Assembly (NCBI GenBank): GCA_041946735.1
Contig: JBHGAY010000007.1
Span: forward strand, 64,001 to 128,000
Direction: 5' to 3'
From: Candidatus Eiseniibacteriota bacterium
GTDB lineage: Bacteria; Eisenbacteria; RBG-16-71-46; CAIMUX01; VGJL01
DNA length: 64,000 nt
Shown: positions 15,794-24,465 of the stretch, one piece after another
Numbering within the stretch: position 1 is the stretch's first letter
Layout: every line of letters begins with the position of its first letter
Notes under the pieces: model-generated
Seen by the model: only the letters and a program-made list of their open reading frames with translations
Databases searched by the model: none
What the model was told of the DNA's origin: nothing
Made by a program: the position numbers and the translations under genes

Positions 15794-17556
15794 CCGTCCT
15801 CCTGTGCTTCGAGGCTCGGTAGATCGAGCACCATGCGGGTGCCGCCGCTGGCGACCGGCTCGACGCGCAACTCGCCGCCATGCTGCTCCACCAACCCGTG
15901 GCTCACGTACAACCCGAGGCCGGTACCCCCCGACTTGGTCGAGTAGAACGGCTCGAAGATGTGGGGCAGGTGCTCCGGCGCGATCCCGCATCCGCGATCC
16001 TCGATCCAGATCTGGAGGATCGTGGAAGGTTCGCCCTGCTGCCGGCGCCAGCCGATCTCGACCTCGGCCCCCGCCGGGGAGGCCTCGGTCGCGTTTCGAA
16101 CGAGGTTGACCAGGACCTGGACCATCCGGTCGGCGTCGACCGCGACGCGGGCCGGCTGGAGGGTCTCCTCGAGAGGCGGGCGGACCGAGAACCGGACCCC
16201 TCGCTCCCGTGCAAGCGGCTCGACCGCCTGGCAGCTCCGCTGCACGAGCTTCGCCGCTTCCATCGGCACCTTCTCGAGAGGCTGCCGGCGCGCCGGCTCG
16301 AGAAGATCGCGCACGATCCTGTCGAGCCTCTGGATCTCCCCGCGCAGCAGGTTCAGATCGTCGTGCTGCGTCTCCGGCACGTGCGTCGCGAGGAAGTCGA
16401 CCCCCGCCCCGATCGCGGCGAGGGGATTGCGGATCTCGTGAGCGACCGCGCTGGCGAAGCGCCCGAGGGCAGCGAGGCGATCGAGCCGCCGCATCTCCTG
16501 TTCCATCGCGCGAACCGGCCGCAGATCGGAAAGGGTGACGACGATGCCGCCGCCCGACTCCCCCACCTCTCCCAGCGGGACGATCGAAAGGCTCGCCGGT
16601 ATCCGCTGCCGTCCCGTCGCGAGCAGGATCTCCTCGTGCTCGACTCCGTGGCCGCTGGCGAGCGATTGCCGGCAGGAGGCGACGAGCTGCGGCGCCGCGT
16701 CGGCCAGCTTCTCGATCGGCTCGCCGAGCAGCGAGTCCCGCTCGACGGCAAGGAGCGCCTGTGCCGTGCGGTTGAGCGCGGTGATCCGCCCCGACCCGTC
16801 CGTCGCCAGCAGCCCATCCCCCATCGCCTCGAGGAGGCACTCGCGGAAGCGCCGCTCGCGTGCATTGCGCTGCTGGTGCCTGACGCTTTCGAGGAGCGTG
16901 GCCGCCTGGAATGCGATCTGCTCGACCTCGAGCGGATCGGTCCCGGCTCCGGTCACCTCGTCGGGCCGGAGCCCGAGGAGTCCGAGGATCGGGCTGCCGC
17001 TCGCGCGCGCCTCGTCGCTGCCCGCCTGGAGCGGCAGCAGGACCGGCGGCGCCGCCGGACGGCCGGGAGGAGACGGCACCGCGGCGCCGGACGCCGGCTG
17101 GCCGGCGAGGACGCGCTCGAACGCCGTCTGGCGGATCGTTTCCGGCGACCAGCGGATCGCCTCGCACAACCGGCCCGTTCCGGCGCGTGCCCGGTAGCCC
17201 CGCAGTCCGCCTTGCTCCGTCCCGGAGAGGACGACGACCTCCGCGAGGCCGTATGCCTGGCGGAGGTAATGGCTCATCGTCCGCAGGACCTTCTCCTCGT
17301 CGGGGTCGCGCAGAAGCGTCTCGGTCAGCTCGCGAAGCCCGGCGAGGCGGATGTTGTTCTGGATCAGCTGCCGTTGTTTCCCCTCGAGGATCTCGAGGAG
17401 CGCGAGTCCCCCGTCCTCGATAGCGCCCGGTCCTGAGAGATCGGGAAGCTCGGGAACGAGGGCGCGAAGCTCCTCGGTGCGAGCGATCAGACGATCGAGC
17501 GCAACGCCCGGATCCGGGCAGGATTCCCCATCGCGGGGAAGCGGAAATCCTCCCAT
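15775..17556 (-). CDS. Soluble sensor histidine kinase (GAF-like, PAS, HisKA, HATPase)
   Basis: VAHEIRNPL H-box, QVLVNLVRNA, IEDRGCGI, IFEPFYSTK, GTGLGL; PAS MGDGLLATD..LNRTA; no TM helix; SD GGAGG. Confidence 0.93.
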   Translation of the reverse strand: MGGFPLPRDGESCPDPGVALDRLIARTEELRALVPELPDLSGPGAIEDGGLALLEILEGKQRQLIQNNIRLAGLRELTETLLRDPDEEKVLRTMSHYLRQAYGLAEVVVLSGTEQGGLRGYRARAGTGRLCEAIRWSPETIRQTAFERVLAGQPASGAAVPSPPGRPAAPPVLLPLQAGSDEARASGSPILGLLGLRPDEVTGAGTDPLEVEQIAFQAATLLESVRHQQRNARERRFRECLLEAMGDGLLATDGSGRITALNRTAQALLAVERDSLLGEPIEKLADAAPQLVASCRQSLASGHGVEHEEILLATGRQRIPASLSIVPLGEVGESGGGIVVTLSDLRPVRAMEQEMRRLDRLAALGRFASAVAHEIRNPLAAIGAGVDFLATHVPETQHDDLNLLRGEIQRLDRIVRDLLEPARRQPLEKVPMEAAKLVQRSCQAVEPLARERGVRFSVRPPLEETLQPARVAVDADRMVQVLVNLVRNATEASPAGAEVEIGWRRQQGEPSTILQIWIEDRGCGIAPEHLPHIFEPFYSTKSGGTGLGLYVSHGLVEQHGGELRVEPVASGGTRMVLDLPSLEAQEDGCPLRS

Positions 17557-17638
17557 GACATCCTCCCGGAACTGTATCGGCAGTCAGGATGGGGAGGATG
17601 AGAGGGAAGCGGTTCGAAATCCCCCGTGGGGTGCAAGG

Positions 17639-18694
17639 CTAGGCGCCGAGATGCTGGAAGAGCGAGAGGTTCTCCTCGACCCACGAGCAGATGCGCTCGA
17701 CCCCTTCCCGCGGAGCGACCCTCGGCTCCCAGCCCAGCTCCGAGCGGGCGCGGGCGATCCGCGAGACGTAGACCTTCTGGTCGCTCGGACGCCACGGCCC
17801 CTGGCGGAACGGGACCTTCCGCCCGAGGCGCTGCTCGAGGAGCGAGAGAAGCTCGAGGAGAGAGAGCGTGTTCTCCGGCCCGCCGCCCATGTTGTAGACG
17901 CCGATCTGGGGACCGCGCTCGAGAAACGACTCGTAGGCGCGGACCAGATCGTCCACCCACAGCACGTCGCGCACCTGGCGTCCATCCCCGAAGACCGTCA
18001 GCGGCGCGCCGCGCATCGCTGCGAGGACGAACCATGCGACCCACCCCTGATCCTCCATCCCGAACTGCCGCGTGCCATAGATGCACGACATCCGGAAGAC
18101 GCCGACGCGCAGGCCGAAGAGATGGCCGTAGTCCTGCGCGTAGAGATCGCCGGACAGCTTCGAGCAGCCGTACGGGGTGTGCTCGCACAGATCGATTCCG
18201 AAGTCCTCCGGAATCCCGCTCTCGTAGGGGCTGCCGAAGCGATAGCGGCTCGGCTCCTCGACGATCGGCACGCGATTGACGTTCGCGCCGTAGACCTTGT
18301 TCGTCGAGCAATACAGGACGGCGGGATGCTGTGGCGATCGCCGAGCCGCTTCGAGCACCCGGAAGGTGCCGAGGGAGTTCGACAAGAAGTCGGTTTCGGG
18401 ATCGATGGTCGAGGTGGTCACGGCGGTCTGCGCAGCGCAGTGGAGAACCGCGTCCGCGTCGCGCAGCAGGCCGTCCATCAGGCCCGGCTCGCGGACGTCG
18501 CCGCGCACGCGCTCGATTCCGGGAAGGGCGCCGAGGTAGTCCCACTGGAAGGAGGCGTTCGGATCGGGCTTTTGGAGGAGCTGGCCGCGCGAAAGGTTGT
18601 CGACGATCCGCACCTTCCAGCCGCGCGCGGCGAAGCGCTCCGCCGCGTGCGATCCGATGAATCCCGCTCCCCCCGTCACCACGATCCTCGACAT
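17639..18694 (-). CDS. NAD-dependent epimerase, CDP-paratose 2-epimerase (RfbE)-like
   Basis: VTGGAGFIGS, HCAAQTAVTTS, STNKVYG, HTPYGCSK, FRMSCIYGTRQFGMEDQGWVAWF. Confidence 0.85.
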   Translation of the reverse strand: MSRIVVTGGAGFIGSHAAERFAARGWKVRIVDNLSRGQLLQKPDPNASFQWDYLGALPGIERVRGDVREPGLMDGLLRDADAVLHCAAQTAVTTSTIDPETDFLSNSLGTFRVLEAARRSPQHPAVLYCSTNKVYGANVNRVPIVEEPSRYRFGSPYESGIPEDFGIDLCEHTPYGCSKLSGDLYAQDYGHLFGLRVGVFRMSCIYGTRQFGMEDQGWVAWFVLAAMRGAPLTVFGDGRQVRDVLWVDDLVRAYESFLERGPQIGVYNMGGGPENTLSLLELLSLLEQRLGRKVPFRQGPWRPSDQKVYVSRIARARSELGWEPRVAPREGVERICSWVEENLSLFQHLGA

Positions 18695-18844
18695 CTCCCC
18701 CTCCTCTCGACGGCCCGCCCGAAAGGAGGGTACGGAGCGCGCGGGCGCTCCGCAAGCGACGGGACCTCCGCGCCGCCCGGACGCCGCGGGCCTGCGGCGG
18801 CGCCGAGGAGAGCTGAGCGAGGAGCCCCCTCCGCGCCGCTGCGA

Positions 18845-19915
18845 TCAGCGCCGTGCGCTGTTCGCGGGCGTGCGCGAGGCGGCCGGCGGCCGCGCGATTC
18901 CGGCAGGCGTCGCCTCGTTGGAGCCACGGCCACGCAGCGAGATCGAGAAGTGGTGCGTCGCGTCGGTTCCGGGGCCCGACGCGAATGCGTAAGCGACGGA
19001 GACCGGATCGAACGACAGCTCGAACCCCGCGCGGGGAACGAACCGCTCCCCGGAAGGATCGCCGGGCTCATAGCTGCCACCGACGAGCAGGGCGAGCGAG
19101 GCGCCTGCGCGCACGCGCGCGCCGCTTCGCATGCGAAACGCTCCGAAGCGGTCGACGAGGCCGGAAACCGTCACGTCGGCGACCTGCCCGATCGCCCAGT
19201 CGAGTCCCGCCGCGCCTTCGGCCGGGAGCGGATAGGGATAACCGGCGGCGCCGCGGGTCGAGGGACCGAGATTGCGCGCGGCAAGTCCCAGGCGGGCGGG
19301 ACCGAGGTCCTTCTCGATTCCGGCGTCGCAAGCGAATCCCCAGCAGTGGGAATCGGGACCAGAGAGCAACAGCGCGCGCGCGGTCGCGCCGGCGCGCAGG
19401 CCATCCGCGAGGGTCGCGCCGTAGCCCGCCGCGGCCGTCGACTCGAACGGCCGGAAGGAACCGGTCGCGTTGCCCTCGGCGTCCCACCCCTCGAAGCTGC
19501 CCGCATGAAGCACGGCCGCCTCGAGCGCGAAGGAGCCGGGGCCGGCAGGGACCGTGCCGCCGGTCCATTCCAGGCGCAAATCGGACTGGAAGGCCTGATG
19601 GCCGCCCGACCACGATGCGGCAGCCTGCCGGCCCAGGCCGGCGGGATTCGACCGCAATGCCTCGGCTCCGAACTCCCCGCATGCGCCGGGACCGCCGAGA
19701 GCGGTTTGCGAAGCGCTCGCCGCTCGCCGCAGCGATGGAAAGGCGAAGCTCCGAGCGCCGGCGGCCTCGGCCGGACGGCCAAGCGCGCCGAGAGCGAGCA
19801 GGACCGCCAGGGTCTGCGGGACCAGCCGGAACGGCAGGACGGACGGAAGAACCGGGAGTGGCCAGGGGGTTCGGCGGGTCGTGGGAATCGATGGATGAGA
19901 TGTGCGCGCTGTCAT
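18845..19915 (-). CDS. PorV/PorQ-family-like outer-membrane beta-barrel
   Basis: Signal peptide; FAFPSL..SASQTALGG..ALRSNPAGL (PorV/FadL-type N-terminus); WDAEGNATGSF; FACDAG..LGLAARNLG; VAYAF..THHFSISL. Confidence 0.65.
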   Translation of the reverse strand: MTARTSHPSIPTTRRTPWPLPVLPSVLPFRLVPQTLAVLLALGALGRPAEAAGARSFAFPSLRRAASASQTALGGPGACGEFGAEALRSNPAGLGRQAAASWSGGHQAFQSDLRLEWTGGTVPAGPGSFALEAAVLHAGSFEGWDAEGNATGSFRPFESTAAAGYGATLADGLRAGATARALLLSGPDSHCWGFACDAGIEKDLGPARLGLAARNLGPSTRGAAGYPYPLPAEGAAGLDWAIGQVADVTVSGLVDRFGAFRMRSGARVRAGASLALLVGGSYEPGDPSGERFVPRAGFELSFDPVSVAYAFASGPGTDATHHFSISLRGRGSNEATPAGIARPPAASRTPANSARR

Positions 19916-19930
19916 GGCGCACGGAGAAGG

Positions 19931-19945
19931 GCGACAAACGTGCCG
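19931..19945 (-). promoter_or_regulatory. Candidate sigma-54 promoter
   Basis: Minus strand CGGCACG-TTTG-TCGC (GG-N10-GC) just upstream of the PorV-like gene. Confidence 0.5.
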
Positions 19946-20188
19946 ATGGCTCCGGCCCGAAGGCTCCCAGGCGGAGCGCGCACAACTTCATGCCCGTTAA
20001 ACGCTTACATCGTTGGCTTCAAGCTCCTTCGCGGTCTCGCGGCGGCGCTCGGTCGGTCCACCTCACTGCAGAATGCGAACGCGGTCGCAGGATGCAATGC
20101 GGGGCGAATCCCGGGCCACGGCCGATCCGCCCCGCTTCCCGGCTCGCCGGAAGGGGTCAGCACCTCCCGGGACTCGGCGTCGGAGACG

Positions 20189-21157
20189 TCAAGACGCCTC
20201 CCGGAACCACGCGAGGGTCTCTGCGATCCCTTCGCGGAGTCCGATGCGCGGCTGGAAGCCGAGGAGGGAACGAGCCCGCGAGATGTCGGCCATCGAGTCG
20301 CGCACGTCTCCGGTCCGCGACGGAGCGAACCGGGGCTCGACCTTGCGTCCCGTGACATCGCCGAGAACGCCCAGCAAGTCGAGCAGGGAGATGCGATCCC
20401 CGCACGCGACGTTGACCGCCTCGCCGTGCAGCTCGGGCGCCTCGAGGGCCGCCAGGTTCGCATCGACGACATTGTCGATGTACGTGAAGTCGCGGGTCTG
20501 CAGCCCGTCCCCGAAGATCGTCGGCGGCTCACCGCTCAGCATCGCGCGGAGGAAGAGCGGAATCACCGCGGCATACGGGGAGCCGGGGTCCTGTCGAGGA
20601 CCGAAGACGTTGAAGTAGCGCAGCGTGACGCCAGAGAGCCCGTACAGCTCGGCGTAGAGCCGGACGTGCTGCTCCGCCTCGAGCTTCGAGAGCGCGTACG
20701 GGGAGCGCGGGGACGGCGACATCGTCTCCCGCTTCGGAAGCTCCGGCTGATCGCCGTATACCGACGAAGAGCCGGCCAGCAGGAACCGCTGCACGCCGGA
20801 CCCTCGCGCCGCCTCCAGGAGGCGGACGGTGCCATCCACGTTGACCTCGTGGCTCGTCCAGGGGTCCTTGACGGAGCGCTCGACGGAGGGCAGAGCCGCC
20901 TGATGCAGGATCGCGCGGACGCCTTCGACCGCCCGCTGGACGTCGGCGGGGCTCCGGACGTCGCCCTGCAGGAATTCGATCCGTCCCGGATGCCGCCCGA
21001 GGAGCCTCTCGACGTTCTCGCGCCTGCCGGTCGAGAGATCATCGAGGATCCGGACGAAGCGACCCGTGCCAGCCAGCCGATCGGCCAGATGGGATCCGAT
21101 GAAGCCGGCGCCGCCGGTCACGAGGACCGCCTCCCGCTCGGGATTCGCCGGTCTCAT
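20189..21157 (-). CDS. UDP-GlcNAc(A) 4-epimerase-like SDR (WbpP/TviC-like)
   Basis: VTGGAGFIGSHL, HQAALPSVERSVKDP, SSSVYGD, SPYALSK, LRYFNVFGPRQDP. Confidence 0.88.
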   Translation of the reverse strand: MRPANPEREAVLVTGGAGFIGSHLADRLAGTGRFVRILDDLSTGRRENVERLLGRHPGRIEFLQGDVRSPADVQRAVEGVRAILHQAALPSVERSVKDPWTSHEVNVDGTVRLLEAARGSGVQRFLLAGSSSVYGDQPELPKRETMSPSPRSPYALSKLEAEQHVRLYAELYGLSGVTLRYFNVFGPRQDPGSPYAAVIPLFLRAMLSGEPPTIFGDGLQTRDFTYIDNVVDANLAALEAPELHGEAVNVACGDRISLLDLLGVLGDVTGRKVEPRFAPSRTGDVRDSMADISRARSLLGFQPRIGLREGIAETLAWFREAS

Positions 21158-22449
21158 AGCCGGAACAACTTGGGGCTTTCGACCCCCTTCCAGGCGTTTC
21201 GCGTGTCGACGACGAGGCGGCACTGCTCGAGAATCCTCTCGTAGGGCAGCTCGTCGTGTGCGGTGACGAGGACGGCGCAATCGCACTCGCGCAGGGTCTC
21301 CTCGGACAGCTCGACCGACTCGAGCGTCCCCTCGCCCAAACGGATTCTCGTGACCCGCGGATCATAGTAGGACACCACTCCCCCCATCTCCCGCAGGAGC
21401 TCCAGGATGTCGAGCGCCGGGGATTCGCGAACGTCATCGACGTTGGCCTTGTAGGCGACGCCCAGGATCAGGATGCGCGAGCCGTGCACGCTCTTGCGGA
21501 TCGAGTTCAGGGCGAGGGTGACCTTCCGCACCACGTGATGGGGCATCGAGGAGTTGATCTGCCCCGCCAGCTCGATGAAACGGGCCTCGAACCCCGCCGC
21601 CCTCGCCTTCCAGGAGAGGTAGAACGGATCGATCGGGATGCAGTGTCCTCCGAGTCCCGGGCCGGGATAGAAAGGCATGAAGCCGAACGGCTTCGTCGCC
21701 GCTGCGTCGATCACCTCCCAGACGTCGATCCCCATCCGGTCGCACATCAGCGCGAGCTCGTTGACGAGACCGATGTTGACGCTCCGGAAGGTGTTCTCGA
21801 GCAGCTTCGCCATCTCCGCGACCTTCGGGGAGCCGACCGGCACGACGGCGCCCAGGCAGGAACCGTAGAGCAGCGCGGCGAGCTTCGTGCACTCCGGGGT
21901 CGTTCCGCCCACGACCTTCGGGATGTTCCGCGTCTGGAACCGGGGGTTGCCCGGGTCGACCCGCTCGGGAGAGAAGGCGAGGTGAAAGTCGACCCCGACG
22001 CGCAGGCCGGTCTGCTCGAGCCTCGGTTGGATCAGCTCCTCGGTCGTCCCGGGATAGGTCGTGCTCTCGAGGACGATCAGCATCCCCGGATGCAGGTAGA
22101 GCGCGATCTTCTCCAGCGCCTCGACGATGAAGGAGACGTCCGGGTCGCGCGTCTTGCGCAGCGGGGTGGGTACGCAGATGTCGACCGTGTCGCAGGTCGC
22201 CAGGACGGAGGCGTCCGTGGTGGCGACGAGGCGCCCGGAGCGGACCAGCGGGGCGAGTTCCGCGTCCGGGACGTCCTGGACGTACGACCGTCCCGCCTGG
22301 AGCTGGGCCACCTTCTCGGGATCGACGTCGATCCCGGTCACCCGGTAGCCGGCCCGCGCGAACTCGACCGCCAGCGGGAGGCCGACGTATCCCAGCCCGA
22401 TCACTCCGACGTGCGCGGTTTTTTCCCGGATCTTCGTCTCGAGGTCCAC
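21154..22449 (-). CDS. Nucleotide-sugar 6-dehydrogenase (UDP-GlcNAc dehydrogenase, WbpA/TviB-like)
   Basis: GLGYVGLPLA, ICVPTP, ESTTYPGTT, FSPERVDPG, KLLENTFR, GPGLGGHCIPIDP; GTG start with SD GGAGG. Confidence 0.93.
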   Translation of the reverse strand: MDLETKIREKTAHVGVIGLGYVGLPLAVEFARAGYRVTGIDVDPEKVAQLQAGRSYVQDVPDAELAPLVRSGRLVATTDASVLATCDTVDICVPTPLRKTRDPDVSFIVEALEKIALYLHPGMLIVLESTTYPGTTEELIQPRLEQTGLRVGVDFHLAFSPERVDPGNPRFQTRNIPKVVGGTTPECTKLAALLYGSCLGAVVPVGSPKVAEMAKLLENTFRSVNIGLVNELALMCDRMGIDVWEVIDAAATKPFGFMPFYPGPGLGGHCIPIDPFYLSWKARAAGFEARFIELAGQINSSMPHHVVRKVTLALNSIRKSVHGSRILILGVAYKANVDDVRESPALDILELLREMGGVVSYYDPRVTRIRLGEGTLESVELSEETLRECDCAVLVTAHDELPYERILEQCRLVVDTRNAWKGVESPKLFRL

Positions 22450-22469
22450 CTGGTTCCCTCCTCCCCTAC

Positions 22470-22518
22470 CTGGCACGCCTGGCTGGCACGCCCTGCCTGG
22501 CACGTCCTCTCTGGCACG
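22470..22518. repeat. Four direct copies of CTGGCACG with 13-14 nt period
   Basis: Exact 8-mer at 22470, 22483, 22497 and 22511 in the divergent intergenic region. Confidence 0.85.
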
Positions 22519-22750
22519 ATCGGTTCGCCCGGAGGCGCAACATGACATCTGTGAACGGAAGCACGACCCGGATCGTCACCGATCGGGGTCGTGCCGGTCC
22601 CGGCGGATGATACGGAACGGCCCCCCCGCTCGCAAGCAGGCCCCGATCCGGGTGCGACTTCCCGGAACCCTGTGGTATTTTCGGGCGTAGAGAGTCGGAC
22701 CCCAAGCCGAAGCAATTTCGTATGGTCCGGTTCCCGAAGGGAGAGAGCCG

Positions 22751-24367
22751 ATGAGTGGGAAGAGAACGCTCCTGGTGCTGGCAGCCTGCTTTGCGACCGC
22801 CACGGTCCTCGCGGGGGTCCTGTTCCTCAACAGCGGGCTCGCCGCAGGACGCACGGTCTACACGCAGCTCTCCGTACTGACCGAGGTCCTTTCGTATGTC
22901 ACCGACAACTACGTCGAGAAGGTGGAGCCGGAGGATCTCGTCGATGGCGCGATCAAGGGGATGCTGGACAAGCTCGATCCCCACTCCAACTACCTCGACC
23001 CCGAGCGGTTCAAGCGGATGCAGGAGCGCAACCGCGGCGCGTACTACGGGATCGGCGTGGAGTTCGACATCGTCGACGGCAACCTCACCGTCATCACCCC
23101 GATCGCGGGATCCCCGTCGGAGAAGCTCGGAATCCGGCCGGGCGACGTGATCGTCAAGATCGAGGGAGAGAACGCCAAGGGGATCAAGCAGGAGGACGTG
23201 TTCACGAAGCTCCGGGGGGAGCGCGGGACGGTCGTCCACGTCACGATCCGCAGACCGGGAGAGAAGGACCTGCTCGAGTTCGACATCGTGCGCGATGAGA
23301 TCCCCATCTACTCCGTTCCCAACTCGTTCATGCTGCAGCCCGGCGTCGGCTACATCCGGCTCGTCCGCTTCTCGAGCACGACGAGCGACGAGCTGGAGGA
23401 GGCGCTCGGGAAGCTGGAGGCGCAGGGGATGGAGAAGCTCCTCCTCGACCTCCGCGGCAACGCCGGCGGCTATCTCAACGAGGCGATCGAGGTCTCGGAC
23501 CTCTTCCTCCCCGGCGGAAAGAAGATCGTCTACACGCTCGGGAGGATTCCCGACTCCAACGAGGAGTACTTCTCGACCGGCCGCGCGAAGCATACGCAAT
23601 ACCCGCTCATCGTCCTGATCGATCACTCCAGCGCCAGCGCGTCGGAGATCGTCTCCGGAGCGATGCAGGACTGGGACCGCGGTCTGATCGTCGGCCAGCG
23701 GAGCTTCGGCAAGGGGCTGGTCCAGCGGCAGTACCCGCTGAAGAACGGCGGAGCGTTGCTGCTGACGGTGGCGCGCTACTACACCCCGAGCGGGCGCCTG
23801 ATCCAGCGGGACTACTCCGACAAGGAGCGCTACATCGAGGAGACGGCCGAGCAGATCGACGAGGAGCTGCAGGAGCAGGCGGACACCTCCTCGACTCCGC
23901 CGCCGGTCTATCACACCGCTGCGGGGCGGACGGTCTATGGGGGCGGTGGCATCACTCCGGACGTGAAGCTCGACCAGCGCTTCCCCTGGACGCGGCTGCA
24001 AGGGGAGCTCTCACGCGCCTACTTCGATTTCGCCAATCTCTACATCGGCGAGACGAGCTTCCGGCCGGCGAGCTTCGAGAGCTTCCGGCGCTACGAGGTC
24101 GGAGACGACGTCATCCAGCGCTTCGAGTCCTACTTGAAGACGAAGAAGATCGAGTACGAGCCGGACAGCCTGAAGGCGCAGATGGATCTGGTCCGCCATG
24201 GCATCAAGAGGGAGATGGCGCGAAACCTCTGGGGAGACAACGAGCGCTGGAACGTCTTGATGGACGAGGATCCGCAGATCCAGGAGGCCCTGGCGCTGAT
24301 GCCGCAGGCCGAGCTGATGGCGCGGCACGAGACGACCACCGGGGAGTGGCAGACGCACAGCCGGTAG
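22751..24367 (+). CDS. S41A carboxy-terminal processing protease (CtpA/Prc-like)
   Basis: LDPHSNYL, PDZ YGIGV..GDVIVKIEG, LDLRGNAGGYL, SASASEI (catalytic Ser), SFGKGLVQ (Lys), TVARYYTPSGRLIQR. Confidence 0.94.
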   Translation: MSGKRTLLVLAACFATATVLAGVLFLNSGLAAGRTVYTQLSVLTEVLSYVTDNYVEKVEPEDLVDGAIKGMLDKLDPHSNYLDPERFKRMQERNRGAYYGIGVEFDIVDGNLTVITPIAGSPSEKLGIRPGDVIVKIEGENAKGIKQEDVFTKLRGERGTVVHVTIRRPGEKDLLEFDIVRDEIPIYSVPNSFMLQPGVGYIRLVRFSSTTSDELEEALGKLEAQGMEKLLLDLRGNAGGYLNEAIEVSDLFLPGGKKIVYTLGRIPDSNEEYFSTGRAKHTQYPLIVLIDHSSASASEIVSGAMQDWDRGLIVGQRSFGKGLVQRQYPLKNGGALLLTVARYYTPSGRLIQRDYSDKERYIEETAEQIDEELQEQADTSSTPPPVYHTAAGRTVYGGGGITPDVKLDQRFPWTRLQGELSRAYFDFANLYIGETSFRPASFESFRRYEVGDDVIQRFESYLKTKKIEYEPDSLKAQMDLVRHGIKREMARNLWGDNERWNVLMDEDPQIQEALALMPQAELMARHETTTGEWQTHSR

Positions 24368-24392
24368 GCGCTCGCCCGTCCGTTCAAGAAGG

Positions 24393-24436
24393 AAGTTGCG
24401 GGGTGGCAGATCGCTGCCACCCCGCAACTTTTTTCC
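24393..24436. terminator. Intrinsic terminator between convergent genes
   Basis: Perfect 17-bp stem AAGTTGCGGGGTGGCAG/CTGCCACCCCGCAACTT, 4-nt loop, plus-strand T run. Confidence 0.85.
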
Positions 24437-24465
24437 TGCGCATCTCTCCTGCGGATCCGGCCGCT

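Noticed and set aside
17351..21244. 1297-aa plus-strand ORF and other long antisense ORFs (24346..27165, 51399..54461, 3761..5785)
   Set aside because: Shadow frames of well-supported genes in high-GC DNA; no recognisable motifs
22470..22530. CTGGCACG copies as functional sigma-54 promoters or a mini-CRISPR
   Set aside because: None has GG-N10-GC spacing; units are far too short for CRISPR and no cas genes are present
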